From the NCBI GenBank assembly GCA_965203295.1, contig CBDBCZ010000013.1, positions 768,001 to 832,000 on the forward strand: a DNA stretch of 64,000 nucleotides. The letters run 5' to 3'. Shown here piece by piece: positions 61,038-64,000 of this stretch; the first letter of the stretch is position 1; every line of letters begins with the position of its first letter. The notes below the pieces were generated by a model. The model made no database searches and was not told where the DNA came from. It was given only the letters and a program-made list of their open reading frames with translations. The position numbers and the translations under genes were made by a program. The DNA comes from Nitrospirales bacterium (lineage in GTDB: Bacteria; Nitrospirota; Nitrospiria; Nitrospirales; UBA8639).

Positions 61038-61922
61038 ATGCATCTCAGCAAAGAGGAGGCTGTTTACTTCGTCACTGAAGTCCTTGGGATCAGTTCCCCG
61101 CTATGTAAGCTGGGAGAGGATCGCATGCTGTTCCTGAATGAACTCATCAAGGCCTTCTATTGCACAATCCCCTTCCAGAACATCACCCTTCTCTGCCAGT
61201 CAGAGGCAGACAGACATGTACCTGCCTGGGAGGAAAGTAAGGCAGCTGTTATGAGTGGCCGTGGAGGGCTCTGCTACACAGTGGGTGTCTTTATGATGTG
61301 CCTACTGGAGGCCTTAGGGTACGAGACATATTTACCTGCCAGTGGCATTTTCTTTCCCAACAACCATATTACTACCATTGTGCAAAACCTGACCTACCCT
61401 GGAAGTAAACACCTTGTAGATACGCTAAGTGGTTATCCAACTTTTGAGGCCATTCCTCTTGATTTTGACAAGGAATCCCCCATTTACAATCACTCCTTCT
61501 TAGAGTACAAGTTTGTCCGAGAAGGTAACACCATTCTTCGATTCCATCGGAAGGGCGAAAATCGCCCCACCCGTCCTGGTCGTGAGTACATCGTAGATGG
61601 GTGGAGAAGGGTTTGCGAGATAGACTTGGTGCCTAGAGATCTTTCCTACTTTGACCAGCCAATGAGTGACGTGTACACAAAACCTGGAGTGAATTCTCCT
61701 TTCCTTGTGAGCTTCCGTGCAGTTGTGTACAGAGAACTGAGGCTGGTGGCCATCAAGGACACCACCCTGATGCTTGAGAATGAAAAACATGAAGTGGAGG
61801 TTACAAAACTGTCGAGCCGTGATGAAATGATCAGTACTACATCCAAGTATTTCCCACAGTTCTCTGTTGAGGAAGTTACAGAGGCTATCGATTGTCTACA
61901 CTTGCTTGAACATACCTCTTGA
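61038..61922 (+). CDS. NAT: Arylamine N-acetyltransferase family protein (294 aa, intronless)
   Basis: IPFQNI, RGGLCY (catalytic Cys), PNNH (His), HLVDTLSG (Asp): the Cys-His-Asp triad in NAT order. Confidence 0.88.
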   Translation: MHLSKEEAVYFVTEVLGISSPLCKLGEDRMLFLNELIKAFYCTIPFQNITLLCQSEADRHVPAWEESKAAVMSGRGGLCYTVGVFMMCLLEALGYETYLPASGIFFPNNHITTIVQNLTYPGSKHLVDTLSGYPTFEAIPLDFDKESPIYNHSFLEYKFVREGNTILRFHRKGENRPTRPGREYIVDGWRRVCEIDLVPRDLSYFDQPMSDVYTKPGVNSPFLVSFRAVVYRELRLVAIKDTTLMLENEKHEVEVTKLSSRDEMISTTSKYFPQFSVEEVTEAIDCLHLLEHTS

Positions 61923-61931
61923 ATGTGCTAA

Positions 61932-62500
61932 AATTGAAGGGCTGAGAACCAGAGTGGTCTAACCTAACGAAAGAAACTTCCCCCTCCCAAACTTGAGACA
62001 AAAATGTAATTTATACACTGCAAAAAAAAAATGTTTTTGACTACTGAGTGGATACCTGATCTGAGTAGCTATGGGGGTAGGAGTTAGACTACAAAGTGGT
62101 GATTTGTTACTCGTAAGATATTTGGCATTTCATACAAATTATGTACAAATTGTGAGTCTTTTATCTACATGGGATTCAACATTCCAAATGGAGGAGCTGA
62201 GGTTCCTGGAACCTCCTCCAGTTACTGAGTCGCATGTTATTATAGTGATGAAAGACTCACAAAAATGTATGACATGTATTCAAAACACCACTTTGAGGTC
62301 TAACTGCTACATACACTGTCATCTGCAATTCAGGTAACCACTAAGTACATAGTCAACATATTCTTTGCAGTGAAGAGCTAGTTACTCAAAATTTAAGACT
62401 TTCATCATATTTGTCATACACTCATGCACTTTTGTACAAATTATGCACTTTTCAGTGCTTGATTTTGGGTTGGCCCACTATGGCTCTCAGCCCTTCAATT
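61932..62500. mobile_element. Nested MITEs just 3' of NAT
   Basis: Outer TIR AATTGAAGGGCTGAGA / TCTCAGCCCTTCAATT; inner element 62016-62372 with CACTGCAAA / TTTGCAGTG termini. Confidence 0.78.
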
Positions 62501-63552
62501 ATTACAGCTATACTGATTCTGTATTTGTATTAGCACACTGAATTTGTATTCTTTAGTGCACATCGTTAATGTTCTTGGTATTGTGACTGTTGTTAAGGAA
62601 CAAAAAGAATTGCAAAGCATGAGCATAATCGGAGGGCACTCTGTAATCTATGATTGCCCTGGAGAGGTCACTGCACGTTCCATACTTATTATTAAGTCTC
62701 TGATCACCACATTCCAATAGTTGTTGTTCCTCATTCCAATTATTGTTCCATTCCTCATTCCAATAGCCATCGCGCCTTGTTCGATAGCTCTCACACTATA
62801 CTGAAAATAAACTATGAACTTTGCTCCTCATTCCTCACTGGTACATGGCATTGCAACATCATTAATACTTTTTAGAATTGAGATACACAAACAGGACGTC
62901 TAGGCTAGCTGCCATGCAGGATTCTGCTGTGGATGTCGTTAACAGTCCACCTTCCACAGTGGATGGTAAATGGAAACACAGTTAGTTCATCTAGGAAAGT
63001 AAAATGCTTGAATTATTATAGCAAAGACTTTACAATCCAGCTGCAGTAATGATAGCCAATACGTAAATCTATATATCATTCATTGTGTATTACCAAGTAC
63101 TGGCAGCAGTGCAAGAAGTAATAATGGTGAAGAGCCAGAGTGGTCTAACCCACAATTTTGAACTTAACTCTTCCAAACTTGAGAATACTCTTACAATTTG
63201 TTTTAGGAGCTCTGCAAAATTAAAAGATTTTCTCATTTTTGGTCAAACATTCCCTCACAGCTTTCTTCGTAGGTATGGCTGCAAAAAAAAGCTGTGAGTG
63301 CAGGCTACCAGTGCACCCTCCCCTGCATGAAGACTCTGGCCAGATATAGAAATGAACTTTAGAAACATGTAGCAGCGTAGAGTGGAGCTTTATCACGCTT
63401 CTTGAATTTGCTCAGGTTCAGAGCCTCCAAGAGAAGCTATAACAGACAGATGCAGTATGTGTGTAAAGGTATTAGGCTAAATAAGACTGATCACAAGCTT
63501 GTCCAAGGCCTGTGGGTTGTATATATAGGAATTATTAATTAATAATTATCCC

Positions 63553-63700
63553 TTTACCAACCATAAGAAACATACAGCTTAAAGAAGCAGAAAAGCCTGT
63601 ACAAAGTATTAACGCCTAGTATTAAAACCCCCATATAAATTCATATGGGCCTGTGGGAGCTCATGACGCATATATGCGTCATTGGTTGGTAAAGAGTTAA
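63553..63700. mobile_element. piggyBac-type MITE, copy 2
   Basis: Same family as 51900-52046, ending in GTAAAGAGTTAA. Confidence 0.8.
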
Positions 63701-64000
63701 GTGGCTATTAGAACGATGGCTACCCCAACCAATTCTAAATATGACATTGACTTGGTGTAGATGTACAATGTCATGTTGGCATTATCAGAATGAACACAAT
63801 AGCTGCATATTAAAGCATACTGAGACTCGCACATTGACAAGTAGCTATAATAATAAAAAGTCTAATGACTGCTGGAGAAGTTCATTTGTCTTCTAAGAGA
63901 GGTTCTCGAAGCTCAATAAATGTTGAGGGGACAGATTTTGGGATAATTGCAGAATCAAGAGTGCTTTCCAAATCTGTAGAATTATTTAACAACAAATCCC

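Overview
Intron-rich animal genomic DNA, most likely a demosponge. That assignment is an inference from the short GT-AG introns, death-domain/ZU5/NLR-type LRR content and dense MITEs. I spliced the genes by hand. Three chimeric genes each join a death-domain (DD) module to a copy of a conserved housekeeping or signalling gene whose functional site has been altered while the reading frame stays open. (1) <1-10673 (+): DD, coiled coil, Pro-rich repeats, SH3, SH2 and a CSK-derived pseudokinase (VAVK>VAMT, HRD>HRN, DFG>DFH). (2) 13440-28496 (-): full-length glycerol kinase with an altered ATP loop (DQGT>EQGN), spliced in frame to ZU5-UPA-DD. (3) 51535-59038 (+): DD, an unnamed helical domain and a beta-TrCP-like F-box/WD40 with a rewritten phosphodegron pocket. 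Between and around them are a stand-alone USP7-type MATH gene, a RING-B-box-coiled-coil (TRIM-like) gene, profilin, the 3' half of COP9 subunit 6 with an intronic LINE, decayed NLR-type LRR and UPA fragments, an intronless arylamine N-acetyltransferase, and many MITEs and mini/microsatellites. The leading hypothesis is a cluster of death-domain 'integrated decoy/sensor' immune genes built by phase-1 exon shuffling. All exon models come from sequence alone and need RNA-seq support.
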